A program made the position numbers and the translations under genes. Under the pieces are notes generated by a model. That model was not told the DNA's origin and ran no database searches. It saw nothing but the letters and a program-made list of their open reading frames with translations. 64,000 nucleotides of DNA from Thermoanaerobaculia bacterium (GTDB lineage Bacteria > Acidobacteriota > Thermoanaerobaculia > Multivoradales > Multivoraceae): positions 1,184,001-1,248,000 of the forward strand of contig OY761158.1 of NCBI GenBank assembly GCA_963664405.1, read 5' to 3'. Shown piece by piece: positions 39,845-49,035 of the stretch (the stretch's first letter is position 1; every line of letters starts with the position of its first letter).

Positions 39845-40783
39845 ATGTTACGAATCGCCCTCTTCGGGCAGGCGGGGTTTGGCAAAGACACGCTCCACGG
39901 GCTCCTCGACAGCGGCCACAAAGTGGTCGGAGTATTCGCGCCGCCCGAGGGCAAACGGCCGGATGCGCTTGCCGAACGGGCCGCAGAGCTCGGCCTTCCG
40001 CTGATTCGCCGCCGTTACTACCGAAGAAAAAATGGCGAAGCGATTCCGGCGGCGGTCGAGGCTCATCGCGAGCTCGGCGCGGATCTGAACGTGCTCGCCT
40101 CCGTCCAGGTTTTCCTCCCACCCGAGATCGTCGATGCTCCCCGCCACAAGAGCCTGTGCTTTCATCCGTCGCTGTTACCGGCATACCGCGGCGGAGCGGC
40201 GATGCAATGGCAGATCATCGACGCCGTCCACGAGACCGGCGTGTCGATCTTTGTGCCGGACACGGGCGCAGATACCGGACCGGTGGTCGTTCAGAGAGGT
40301 GGAGTCGAGATCGGGCCTACTGATACGACGGCGACGCTTTTTTTTCAAAAGCTCTACCCACTCGGCGTGGCGGCCATGCTCGAGGCCGTAGACCTGGTGG
40401 ACTCCGGAACGGCCGCCCCGAAAGCCCAGGACGAATCGCGCGCATCTCACCAGGGACTCGTCGGTGACACTGTCGGCGCGATCGACCTCACAAAGAACGC
40501 GGCGATCATCGACCGGCTGGTGCGTGGGTGTGATCCCCAACCCGGTGCGTGGCTCACTATCGGCGAGCAGCCAAAGGTTCGTCTCTACGACGCGGAGCTC
40601 AGCCTCGCGACTTCGGGCGCGGCGACTGGCTCGATCGTGACCATCGACGATGCCGGCCTCCATATCGCCCTCGACGGCGGAACCCTACGCATTGGCCGCG
40701 TTCGCGCAGACGGTGGCAAGGAAGGGGCAGCGGAGTTCGCCAGCCGCATGGGCCTCGAGGTAGGCCAGTCCCTGGCACCCTGA
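39845..40783 (+). CDS. Formyltransferase, Fmt/ALDH1L N-terminal-domain-like
   Basis: FHPSLLP.YRG, ETGVSIF, DTGP, RGCDPQPGAW. Confidence 0.85.
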   Translation: MLRIALFGQAGFGKDTLHGLLDSGHKVVGVFAPPEGKRPDALAERAAELGLPLIRRRYYRRKNGEAIPAAVEAHRELGADLNVLASVQVFLPPEIVDAPRHKSLCFHPSLLPAYRGGAAMQWQIIDAVHETGVSIFVPDTGADTGPVVVQRGGVEIGPTDTTATLFFQKLYPLGVAAMLEAVDLVDSGTAAPKAQDESRASHQGLVGDTVGAIDLTKNAAIIDRLVRGCDPQPGAWLTIGEQPKVRLYDAELSLATSGAATGSIVTIDDAGLHIALDGGTLRIGRVRADGGKEGAAEFASRMGLEVGQSLAP

Positions 40784-40835
40784 GAAGTCACTCCCTCTGG
40801 GTGCAGGGCTACTCGGAGGACTGCACGGTCGCGAC

Positions 40836-41495
40836 TCAAGTGGTAGTGATCTTCGAGCCGCCTTCCTTCAAGTCCTTGGCACTCTTCGCGCCCTGGGGAA
40901 CCTCACAACCTCGCTGAATACCCGGCTTCTCCGCCATGCGCTTCATCCAGGCTTGGAGGTTGTCGAGACCCTCGATATCCACCCTTGCCCAGTAGTAACT
41001 CCGCACCCATGAGTAGTTGGCGATGTCGGCAATGCTGTAATCACCGGTGAGGTAATCACGACCGCTGAGCCGGTGATCGAGCACCTCGTACAGGCGTCTG
41101 GACTCGTTACAGTAGCGGCTGATCGCTTGCGGGATTTGTTCAGGGAAGTAGCGGACAAAGACAACGGCCTGCCCCTGCATGGGGCCGATTCCGGACATCT
41201 GAAACATGAGCCACTGCATGACGTCGTAGCGACCGGCGAGATCGGTGGGCATGAGCTTGCCGCTCTTTTCAGCCAGGTAGAGAAGGACGGCACCGGATTC
41301 GAAAACGCTGATCCCGGTGTCGGTATCCACAATCGCCGGAATGCGGCCATTGGGACAGATCTTCAAGTACTCTGGATCCCGCTGCTCGCCTCTCCCGAGG
41401 TTGATCAAGTTGACGTTGTAGGGCAACGCCATCTCTTCGAGAGCCATGGAGACCTTCCAGCCATTCGGTGTTCCGGATGTGAAGAGCTCGATCAT
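40836..41495 (-). CDS. Nu-class GST / GSH-disulfide oxidoreductase (YfcG/YghU-like)
   Basis: [41 protein letters not shown]. Confidence 0.9.
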   Translation of the reverse strand: MIELFTSGTPNGWKVSMALEEMALPYNVNLINLGRGEQRDPEYLKICPNGRIPAIVDTDTGISVFESGAVLLYLAEKSGKLMPTDLAGRYDVMQWLMFQMSGIGPMQGQAVVFVRYFPEQIPQAISRYCNESRRLYEVLDHRLSGRDYLTGDYSIADIANYSWVRSYYWARVDIEGLDNLQAWMKRMAEKPGIQRGCEVPQGAKSAKDLKEGGSKITTT

Positions 41496-41731
41496 TCTCT
41501 GGCTCCTTGATTCACGGCCGACTCCTCAGCCATCAAAGCCATCGTATCGCCACCAGGTCCGCGGCTTCTCGTTGGACCGGCGATCAAAAGCCGCCTCACT
41601 CTCATCCCTAGCGCTCCGGCGGATCTGGTTGCCGCGCAGGGCGCCCTGGTGCGCAGATGCTACGTGGTTCCAAGCCTCGATCTGGGGGTAACGCGATTGG
41701 GCGACCAGCCCCCGGGCAACGAGTTCGGCAA

Positions 41732-41755
41732 CGAGCTTTGGAAACGCTGGTCTAG
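41732..41755. repeat. Solo terminal inverted repeat of the copy-B MITE type
   Basis: CGAGCTTTGGAAACGCTGGTCTAG is 23/24 identical to the reverse complement of 49719-49742; no partner end seen. Confidence 0.75.
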
Positions 41756-41772
41756 GCTCCTCCTTGTCGCCG

Positions 41773-42387
41773 TTACCGTTCCTCCGCTACACGCTTCGCC
41801 GACGCACGTTCGTTGACGCGACCAAGATAGTCGCTCAATTCAGGCAGTTCTGCCGTCAGATCAATGCCGCACAGCTTCTTCGCGACCATGGTGGCGAGAG
41901 GTACGGTGTTGGCGACCACAATGTCGGCGACCGTGAACTGACTCCCACCGATCCAGGGGTCGAAGGTCGCGAGGCGGCCCAGTGATTTCACCCCGCGCGG
42001 CACCATTTTGTTGACGGTCTTGTTGATTGCCTCGTCCTCGGGTGCACCGAAGGCGGCAGCCGGAACGCCCGGTCGCGCGGCGAGGTCGATGTAATAGATG
42101 GCGTGGTGGGCAATCTGTCGCGCTCGCGCACGAGCGTAGGCGCCGCCAGGCAGGAGGGTTGGTTCCGGATGGGTTTCCTCGAGGTACTCGAAAATCGCCA
42201 TGGTCTCCGCGAGCGGCCCTTCGGGCGTCTCGAGGCTGGGTACCTTGCCCATCGGACTACGCGCCAGCCATGCTTCGTCCCGGCCCGGCATCTGCTCCAC
42301 TTCTTCGAATTCGAGGCCCTTCTCGATCAGCATCGTCTTTGCGATGGTGTAGTAGTTGCTCATCTTGATTCCGTGCAGTCTCAACAT
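41773..42387 (-). CDS. Glutathione S-transferase
   Basis: SNYY, SPMGKVP, ETMAI.EYLEE, FTVADI. Confidence 0.9.
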   Translation of the reverse strand: MLRLHGIKMSNYYTIAKTMLIEKGLEFEEVEQMPGRDEAWLARSPMGKVPSLETPEGPLAETMAIFEYLEETHPEPTLLPGGAYARARARQIAHHAIYYIDLAARPGVPAAAFGAPEDEAINKTVNKMVPRGVKSLGRLATFDPWIGGSQFTVADIVVANTVPLATMVAKKLCGIDLTAELPELSDYLGRVNERASAKRVAEER

Positions 42388-42426
42388 GGTGAATCTCCTT
42401 TGCTTGTTTTCGTGTGAGGCGGGACC

Positions 42427-43533
42427 CTATCCCTCCGCCAGCAGCTGATTGTCTTTGCGGCTGATTCTCTGTGGAATCTGGAATTTCATCAGCTCCATTC
42501 CCCCAAGCCCTTCCAGCATAGGGTCCACCGTACGTCTTTCTGAACTGCTCAATGATTGATAGAAATCCAGCGCGCGCTGCAACATCCACTGTGAATAGGC
42601 CTGCACGACGCGAGTTTCTTTGACACCGCCAAGGCTAAAGTGGTGCTCACCAAACATTGGAGGAATGGGCTCGCCGGGATGTTCTCTCACCCACGCCTCA
42701 ACATGCCTGGCAATATCCATCAACAGTGGGCCGTGTTCTTCAAATTGATGTCTCAAAATCGGATACAGCGTTTCCGGCACAGCGTCGCCTGGTAGGAAGC
42801 TTCCTGATTTAGGTTCAGGATTGTTCATCCGAACAACCCATCGGTAGACTTCCGGCGCACGATCCTGCATGAGCTTCTGAGGGTATGGATCCCTGCCAAG
42901 ATGCGCATAAAGTGGGCCCATAAAACCAAAATCACCCACGCTGGGTCGGCTCCCCAACAGGAAAGGGTATTGCATGAAGTGGCCATTGAGGTGATCCAGA
43001 AACATCCCATACCACCTTTCGATCGGTTTGTGGGTCCTCTGTGTTATTCCAAGGCGAGGCAAGACCACATCCTTTCGATGATTCGCCACCTTTTCCCAGA
43101 TCTGATATCGCACCTCTTCATTTGCATCGGGCTCATGATTGGCACCAAATTCGTTGCCAAGCAATTCGAAATTCTCGTCCTTAAAATACCAGCGGTAATA
43201 CATGGCTGGAAAAAAGAGAAATTCATCCCCGTACAACTCCAGCAGAAACGCAACTAATTTTTGCTTGGGTGTGTCCGGATAGATGGAAGGCGCCGGAAAG
43301 CGGGCTTCTAGAAAATCAATGATCTCGGTGGTGTCCTGCACCGCTACATCATCCGGCGAAACGATCACAGGAACCAGATCAATATTGGTGCGGGGAGACA
43401 ACACCTCTCGACGCATTTGACGCGTGGTCGTGATCTCCTCGAACGGGATATCCTTGTAACGCAAATAGGCCCTGGTTTTTCCGGAGTACAGGGAGAACTC
43501 ATACCCATAGTGTTTATAGACTTCGTTAGTCAT
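42427..43533 (-). CDS. Long GST-family protein, lower GC than its flanks
   Basis: SLYSGKTRAYLRYK, VPV, QDTTEIIDFLE, FLLGSRPSVGDF..GPLYAHL.RDP. Confidence 0.85.
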   Translation of the reverse strand: MTNEVYKHYGYEFSLYSGKTRAYLRYKDIPFEEITTTRQMRREVLSPRTNIDLVPVIVSPDDVAVQDTTEIIDFLEARFPAPSIYPDTPKQKLVAFLLELYGDEFLFFPAMYYRWYFKDENFELLGNEFGANHEPDANEEVRYQIWEKVANHRKDVVLPRLGITQRTHKPIERWYGMFLDHLNGHFMQYPFLLGSRPSVGDFGFMGPLYAHLGRDPYPQKLMQDRAPEVYRWVVRMNNPEPKSGSFLPGDAVPETLYPILRHQFEEHGPLLMDIARHVEAWVREHPGEPIPPMFGEHHFSLGGVKETRVVQAYSQWMLQRALDFYQSLSSSERRTVDPMLEGLGGMELMKFQIPQRISRKDNQLLAEG

Positions 43534-43679
43534 CTTGGGGGGCCGAGTGTGTCGGTAGCGACTCATTGTATCGACAAGGGTCGCGGCCAGTCTCGATACC
43601 CACTTCCGTCGACTCACTGACAACCGGCGGCCGCACTTCACCCCTGTGCTACCGTCCGCAGGCTCGACGAGAGACGACG

Positions 43680-43769
43680 ATGAGCAGTGCCCTCGATGGG
43701 GTCCGAGTCCTCGACTTCGGCCAGTACGTAGCTGGCCCGCTCGCAGCCATGCTGCTGTCCGCCCAGGGC
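43680..43769 (+). pseudogene. 5' stub of a CaiB/BaiF (family III) CoA-transferase
   Basis: MSSALDGVRVLDFGQYVAGPLAAMLLSAQG, then similarity is lost before the usual ADVIKVE. Confidence 0.75.
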
Positions 43770-43934
43770 TCGTTGCCTCGAGGGTGCTCGTCGAGTCGCT
43801 CTAGCCGCGCCCATCGATACATGCTCTTATCACCAGAGAGTTGGTGAAGGAATCGATATCCGGGAAGACAGCGGCTTTCCCATCGAATTGACGAAGCAGG
43901 CGAGCCTCCGATAGGTTGCTTGGAAGGGCAGAAA

Positions 43935-45407
43935 ATGAATGGCGGATTCGACTTCGACAACACCTACGCGCGTGAGCTCGATGGCTTCTACGTAGCGTCG
44001 AAGGCGGCCGAAGTACCGGATCCGAAACTGCTGAAGCTCAACCGCGGTCTCGCCGTGGAGCTTGGCCTGGATCCCGACGCTCTCGCTTCCGCTCGCGGTG
44101 CCGCAATCTTCGCCGGCAACGAGCTCCCTGAAGGCGCCAGCCCCCTGGCACAGGTCTATGCCGGGCACCAATTCGGCGGCTTTGTGCCCAGGCTCGGCGA
44201 CGGCAGGGCACTGCTTCTGGGCGAGGTCATCGACCGCGCCGGTAGGCGTCGCGATGTCCAGCTCAAGGGCTCAGGGCGCACGCCCTTCTCGCGTGGCGGA
44301 GACGGCAAAGCGGCAATCGGTCCGGTTCTGCGGGAGTACCTGATCAGTGAAGCGATGCACACCCTCGGAATTCCCACCACCCGCGCGCTCGCAGGCACGA
44401 CAACCGGCGAACAGGTCTTCCGCGAAGAGTCGCTCCCAGGGGCAGTGCTCACACGCGTCGCGGCAAGCCACATAAGGGTCGGTACGTTCGAGTTCTTCGC
44501 TGCGCGCGGAGAAATAGAGAAGGTAAAGCAGCTCGCCGACTACAGCATCGCGCGCCACTATCCGGAGCTTCGCGACACAGATCGCCCCTACCTCGCTTTC
44601 CTGGCAGCGGTGGGCGACGCTCAGGCGGCATTGCTCGCACGCTGGATGCACGTTGGCTTCGTTCATGGCGTGATGAACACCGACAACACCGCGATCTCAG
44701 GGGAAACGATCGACTACGGGCCGTGCGCCTTCCTCGACAGCTACGATCCGGACGCGGTATTCAGCTCGATCGACACCGGCGGGCGTTATGCCTACCGGCA
44801 ACAGCCCTTGATCGCACGCTGGAACCTCGCTCGGCTGGCCGAGTCGCTGCTTCCCCTGATCGATGACGACCACGAGCGAGCTGGCGAGCTGGCAAGCGAT
44901 ACCGTCAATGGTTTTGCCGATCGCTACGCCCTGCACTGGCTCGAAGGGATGCGTGCAAAGCTGGGGCTGGTCGATTCAGAAGAGGACGACCTCGATCTAG
45001 CGAATGGCTTCCTGGCCGCTCTGGAAGGGCAGAACGCCGACTACACACTCGCCTTCCGACGACTGTCGGAGGCGGCCAGGGGTAACGACGACTCGCTACG
45101 GGCCCTTCTCGACGATCCCGGCGCATACGATCACTGGGCGAAGCGCTGGCAGGCTCGGTTGTCCCGCGAGAGCTTGAGCGCCGAAGCGCGGGAGCAGGCC
45201 ATGAACCTCGTGAACCCGATCTACATTCCCCGGAATCACAAGGTCGAGGAAGCACTGGCGGCAGCGGCGGACGGCCAGACGCTCGGACCCTTCGAGAGAT
45301 TGCTCGAGATCCTCGAGAGCCCCTTCGAGGAGAAGGAGGGGCTCGAAGCCTATGCATCACCGGCGCCCGCTAGCTTCGGATGCTATCGGACCTTCTGCGG
45401 CACTTGA
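43935..45407 (+). CDS. ydiU: Protein adenylyltransferase SelO/YdiU
   Basis: YAGHQFG, LGDGRA, QLKGSGRTPFSR, GFVHGVMNTDN, IDYGP, C-terminal TFCGT. Confidence 0.95.
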   Translation: MNGGFDFDNTYARELDGFYVASKAAEVPDPKLLKLNRGLAVELGLDPDALASARGAAIFAGNELPEGASPLAQVYAGHQFGGFVPRLGDGRALLLGEVIDRAGRRRDVQLKGSGRTPFSRGGDGKAAIGPVLREYLISEAMHTLGIPTTRALAGTTTGEQVFREESLPGAVLTRVAASHIRVGTFEFFAARGEIEKVKQLADYSIARHYPELRDTDRPYLAFLAAVGDAQAALLARWMHVGFVHGVMNTDNTAISGETIDYGPCAFLDSYDPDAVFSSIDTGGRYAYRQQPLIARWNLARLAESLLPLIDDDHERAGELASDTVNGFADRYALHWLEGMRAKLGLVDSEEDDLDLANGFLAALEGQNADYTLAFRRLSEAARGNDDSLRALLDDPGAYDHWAKRWQARLSRESLSAEAREQAMNLVNPIYIPRNHKVEEALAAAADGQTLGPFERLLEILESPFEEKEGLEAYASPAPASFGCYRTFCGT

Positions 45408-45470
45408 CAAGCAGAGAGGGCCAGCACGGCCGGCCCGGTCCACGGGGCCGCGGACGGCCGCGTTCAAGCT

Positions 45471-46175
45471 TCACACCCCCGACCTCTGGTACGCGACGCT
45501 AAAGCGAGAAGTCTCGACAGCCCCGCTCAACTCCTCTTCCAGAGCCGCGAGCTTGCTCGGCGTGAGCTCCCGGAAACTGTAGGTGAGGACCATCTCGCCG
45601 TCGTGTCGCGCAAGACTCTCGAGTCGCCCTCGGCGAACCCGCTCTTCCAATAGAGACAGCACCGACGCCCGTTTCTCGTCGAATTCCGCTACATCGGCCG
45701 AAAGAAGAACGACTCCGCTACGGCCACCGCCACCAAGCTTTCCCCACATCCAGTCTCCGCCGGCCGCGGCAACAAGAGCGATCACCAGGATGATTGCGAG
45801 GAAGGCGAAGTTGAAGGTGGCGCAGGCGAGCGAAGCGGCAATCACCACCATGAGAAACCCGATCTCCTCCGGTTCCTTGACGGGGGTACGAAAACGCACG
45901 ATCGAAAGGGCTCCGAGGAGTCCCAGAGATAGCGGCAGAGAGAACTGGATGCAGATGAAGATCGCGGTGATCGACAGACCCAAGAGCGGGAACGCCCGAT
46001 GCATCTCGGTGCCGGTCTGCCGACTTCCATAGAATCGCGAGTAGAGGTAGGCCACGAACACAGCGCTTGCCAGCGACAGCCCGAGGACGAGAAAGAAGGG
46101 AACAATCCCGACCTCCTCCATCTGGCGGTCCCCCAGCTCTCGCAGTCGTTCGAGACTTGACGTCAGGTCTTCCAT
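45471..46175 (-). CDS. DUF4956 family membrane protein
   Basis: LSLGLLGALSIVRFRTPVKEP. Confidence 0.88.
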   Translation of the reverse strand: MEDLTSSLERLRELGDRQMEEVGIVPFFLVLGLSLASAVFVAYLYSRFYGSRQTGTEMHRAFPLLGLSITAIFICIQFSLPLSLGLLGALSIVRFRTPVKEPEEIGFLMVVIAASLACATFNFAFLAIILVIALVAAAGGDWMWGKLGGGGRSGVVLLSADVAEFDEKRASVLSLLEERVRRGRLESLARHDGEMVLTYSFRELTPSKLAALEEELSGAVETSRFSVAYQRSGV

Positions 46176-46210
46176 CGTTGGCTCACTTTCTGGGAGTTGT
46201 TGGATCGGTG

Positions 46211-46909
46211 TCAGGTGGAAAAACAGGCGAGGGCATACTTGGAGAAAGAGTCAGCTCGGCATCCCAGCTCCAACAGGCCCCGCATCACCGGCGGCAGCTC
46301 AGGCGAATCTCCTTTTGCCTCCACCACCGTACCGAGCCCACCCTTGGTCATCACCGATCCGGGCAGCGCCAGCGGATTGTGCGCCTCGACCCGGATCTCA
46401 CGATCGAGGGAGACCCTGGTGCCCGTGTAGGGCTCTACAAAACGCAATCGCTCGTAGCGCATGAAGAGCACCGGCATCAGAAGCGGAGGGCACCAAAGGC
46501 CGGCACGTCGCAGAAGAGTGCCCAGATCGGGCATGCCGGGGTGATCCAGCTCGAGCGAGGCCGGAGCCGGCTCAGGCATGTTCAAACGGACTCGCCCCTT
46601 GCTCCGCCTCGTACCGCGCCTGAGCTTGATCTCGGCGAAAGCTACGGTCGGTGGGGGGCCACTTTCTTCCTCGTACCAGCGCAGCCGCACCCTGGTCTTG
46701 AGGTAGTCACTGTCGAACTTCTCCCCCAGTAGAGCCAGGCTCGGGGTGTCGTAGTAGATCGTCGCCACGGTGTTGAGCGGGTGCTGCAGGTCCGCAACAC
46801 AGCAACTATCCAGGAAGTCGCGGACTAGGGCCACGCTGAGACGAGGCGCGACCTCGTGTTTGAGCTCGTACTCGAGCGGCCCGAAACCGGCTGTCGGCAC
46901 CCAGTTCAT
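46211..46909 (-). CDS. VTC (CYTH-like polyphosphate polymerase) domain protein
   Basis: ELK, IYYDTP, RVRLRWY, EIK, YER, VEAKG, FSKY; directly upstream of DUF4956. Confidence 0.8.
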   Translation of the reverse strand: MNWVPTAGFGPLEYELKHEVAPRLSVALVRDFLDSCCVADLQHPLNTVATIYYDTPSLALLGEKFDSDYLKTRVRLRWYEEESGPPPTVAFAEIKLRRGTRRSKGRVRLNMPEPAPASLELDHPGMPDLGTLLRRAGLWCPPLLMPVLFMRYERLRFVEPYTGTRVSLDREIRVEAHNPLALPGSVMTKGGLGTVVEAKGDSPELPPVMRGLLELGCRADSFSKYALACFST

Positions 46910-47010
46910 ACGTCTGACCAGTACATTGTCGCCTAGACTCGAAGTGTGACAACAGCGTCACCCTTGGCGCGGCTGTGACAATATCTCTTATGATCGTTGC
47001 AAAGGGTCCG

Positions 47011-48885
47011 CTATCGAATCGTCATCCGGCCGAGTGCTTCGCTCTCGAGCGGCAGCTTGGCGTCGCCGGCCTCGAAACCGTTGATCTGGAGCACATAGGC
47101 AACGATCTCGACATAGGTTGAGTCCGGCAGCGAACCCGGAGACTCCGGCGGCATGGTCTTGGCGTAGACGTAGAAGTCCGCAACCGTCCTTCCAGACCAT
47201 TCACCCTCGAAATACTCGCCCGCGAGCGGGGTGCCGAACGCGCCGTCGGTCATCGTGTTGCCATGGCAGACCGCGCAGTAGGACTTGTAGGCGGTCTTTC
47301 CGATCGCGGCCTGCCCGGCAGTGAACCGGGGCGGCATGCCGGCAGCGCCTTCCCTACCGGAAGCAGCCGTCTGAGCTCCATGCGGAGTAGGCTCGCTCCG
47401 TCGCGGCAGGTCCGTCATCGCGTCTTCCCCTGCCGTGCCCTCACCTTCGTAGGTGAAGGCGAGAATCGCACCCGGGTTCCGCATTGTCTTGGTCACGCCC
47501 CCGCCAACAGCCTCGGCAAGACCACTCGAATCGGTGGCGATGTAGATCGTCTTGCGGTCCGGGCTGACCGCCGTGTCGCGGAGACGGTTCTCGGACTGGA
47601 AATAACGCCTCATGTGGCCGGAGGTAGCCTGCCCTTCGGCATTGAGAGGCGCGACATAGAGCGAGCCGCGCTTGAGCGTCGTCACCAAGAGGACCTGGTC
47701 CCACCCTGGGATGCCCTCGCCTTCCGACCGGTAGTACTCGACGCTCGAAGCACCGACGGTCGGGAAGCAGATGAAATTGATGCTGCCGCAAGCAGGGTCG
47801 TGAAAATCGTAGTCGCTCTCGACCGTGAACAGGGTCGCGATCGGCGGTACGAAGGCCTTGGTGAAAGCCGACTCGGCCTCCAGCGGCACGGAGGGATCAA
47901 TGCCAACGTTCTCCCATTGCAGATCGGCGCACGGCGTGGTCGCGTCGGCCCAGCGAGCGTAAACATAGGCGTTGTCATCCTGGCGACCAGCAACATGCGG
48001 CCAGCCATAGTTGGAGCCCGGCTTGAGGATATTGATCTCGTCATCGGTCTTCGGCCCGTGCTCGGTCGAATAGAGCGTGCCGTCCGGCCCGAAGTCGATG
48101 CCCTGCGGATTGCGGTGACCGTAGGTGTATACATGGCTCACCACTCCGGCGATCTCCGGATTGTCATCGGGCACGGAGCCATCGAGATCGAGGCGCAGCG
48201 ATTTGCCGACATAGGAGACGTAATTCTCGTCGTCGAGCTCTTGCTGGGTGGGCAGACGCTGGGCCTCGATCGGCTGGCAGAAGTTGGTGATCTGATTGTT
48301 ACCTTTGTCGCCGTTGGTGAAGTAGAGCTTGTTGTCGGGACCCACCTTGAGACGCCCGGCATTGTGGTCGTTGCCGGTTGGCAGCCCGGTGATCAGGTCG
48401 ACGGGATTGGACAACGTTCCATCCGCCTCGTCGTAGCTGAGCCGCACGATCTTGGCGTATAGATAGCGGTAGGGACTGTTCGTGTCGCTGACCGCCGAAA
48501 CCGCCCCCTCGCCCTCATCCACGTAGGTATAGGCGACGTACACGTATTCGTTGCCGGTGCCTTGCAGCAGCTCGGGGTGCAGGGCCATGCCAAGCAAGCC
48601 ATCCTGAGCGCCGGGTGCGGAGACCTCACTGAGGGTGATCGCCACGCTCTGGTCGCCGCTGACGGGATCGATGCGGCTGACACGCTTGCCGGTGCGCTCG
48701 GTCACCCAGAGCCTATCGTCGGGCCCCCATGTCACTTCCCAAGGCCCTGCGAGCCCAGAGATGAGCACCCTCTCGCCGAAGTGTTTGGTGCCGCGCACAA
48801 CCGAGTCGGTCGTGTCGTGAGCGAGGACTGGTTGGGCGAAAGCTAGCGCCGTCAACAGGAACAGAGATGGAGCGAAGTACTTCAT
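47011..48885 (-). CDS. Soluble-type PQQ glucose/sorbosone dehydrogenase fused to a C-terminal cytochrome c
   Basis: Signal peptide; QDGLLGMALHP, DHNAGRL, GHRNPQG, EHGP..DDEIN, NYGWP; linker; CAVCH heme motif with later Met. Confidence 0.88.
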   Translation of the reverse strand: MKYFAPSLFLLTALAFAQPVLAHDTTDSVVRGTKHFGERVLISGLAGPWEVTWGPDDRLWVTERTGKRVSRIDPVSGDQSVAITLSEVSAPGAQDGLLGMALHPELLQGTGNEYVYVAYTYVDEGEGAVSAVSDTNSPYRYLYAKIVRLSYDEADGTLSNPVDLITGLPTGNDHNAGRLKVGPDNKLYFTNGDKGNNQITNFCQPIEAQRLPTQQELDDENYVSYVGKSLRLDLDGSVPDDNPEIAGVVSHVYTYGHRNPQGIDFGPDGTLYSTEHGPKTDDEINILKPGSNYGWPHVAGRQDDNAYVYARWADATTPCADLQWENVGIDPSVPLEAESAFTKAFVPPIATLFTVESDYDFHDPACGSINFICFPTVGASSVEYYRSEGEGIPGWDQVLLVTTLKRGSLYVAPLNAEGQATSGHMRRYFQSENRLRDTAVSPDRKTIYIATDSSGLAEAVGGGVTKTMRNPGAILAFTYEGEGTAGEDAMTDLPRRSEPTPHGAQTAASGREGAAGMPPRFTAGQAAIGKTAYKSYCAVCHGNTMTDGAFGTPLAGEYFEGEWSGRTVADFYVYAKTMPPESPGSLPDSTYVEIVAYVLQINGFEAGDAKLPLESEALGRMTIR

Positions 48886-49035
48886 TAGAATCTCTCGAGG
48901 GTTGCGACGAAAGAACCAGAGTATTCCATCGTCCGCTCGAGGTCACGAACAAGCAGCCCCACCCAAGCAGAGGACTTAATCCGGTCGACCTTACTCCCGT
49001 GGCGCCGACTCTCACTGAGAGCAGCCAGCGCGGAC

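Noticed and set aside
43815-43925. CTCTTATC..GAGAG..GGTGAAGGA plus hairpins upstream of ydiU, superficially like a SAM-I riboswitch
   Set aside because: Lacks the GGCCC/GAA and GCAACC core elements; downstream gene is not methionine or sulfur related
45390-45407. TGA at the end of SelO/YdiU as possible selenocysteine
   Set aside because: Protein ends with the normal bacterial TFCGT, so this TGA is a true stop
46945-46985. Two TGTGACAA direct repeats resembling CRP half-sites
   Set aside because: Spacing does not fit TGTGA-N6-TCACA; too short to support a call
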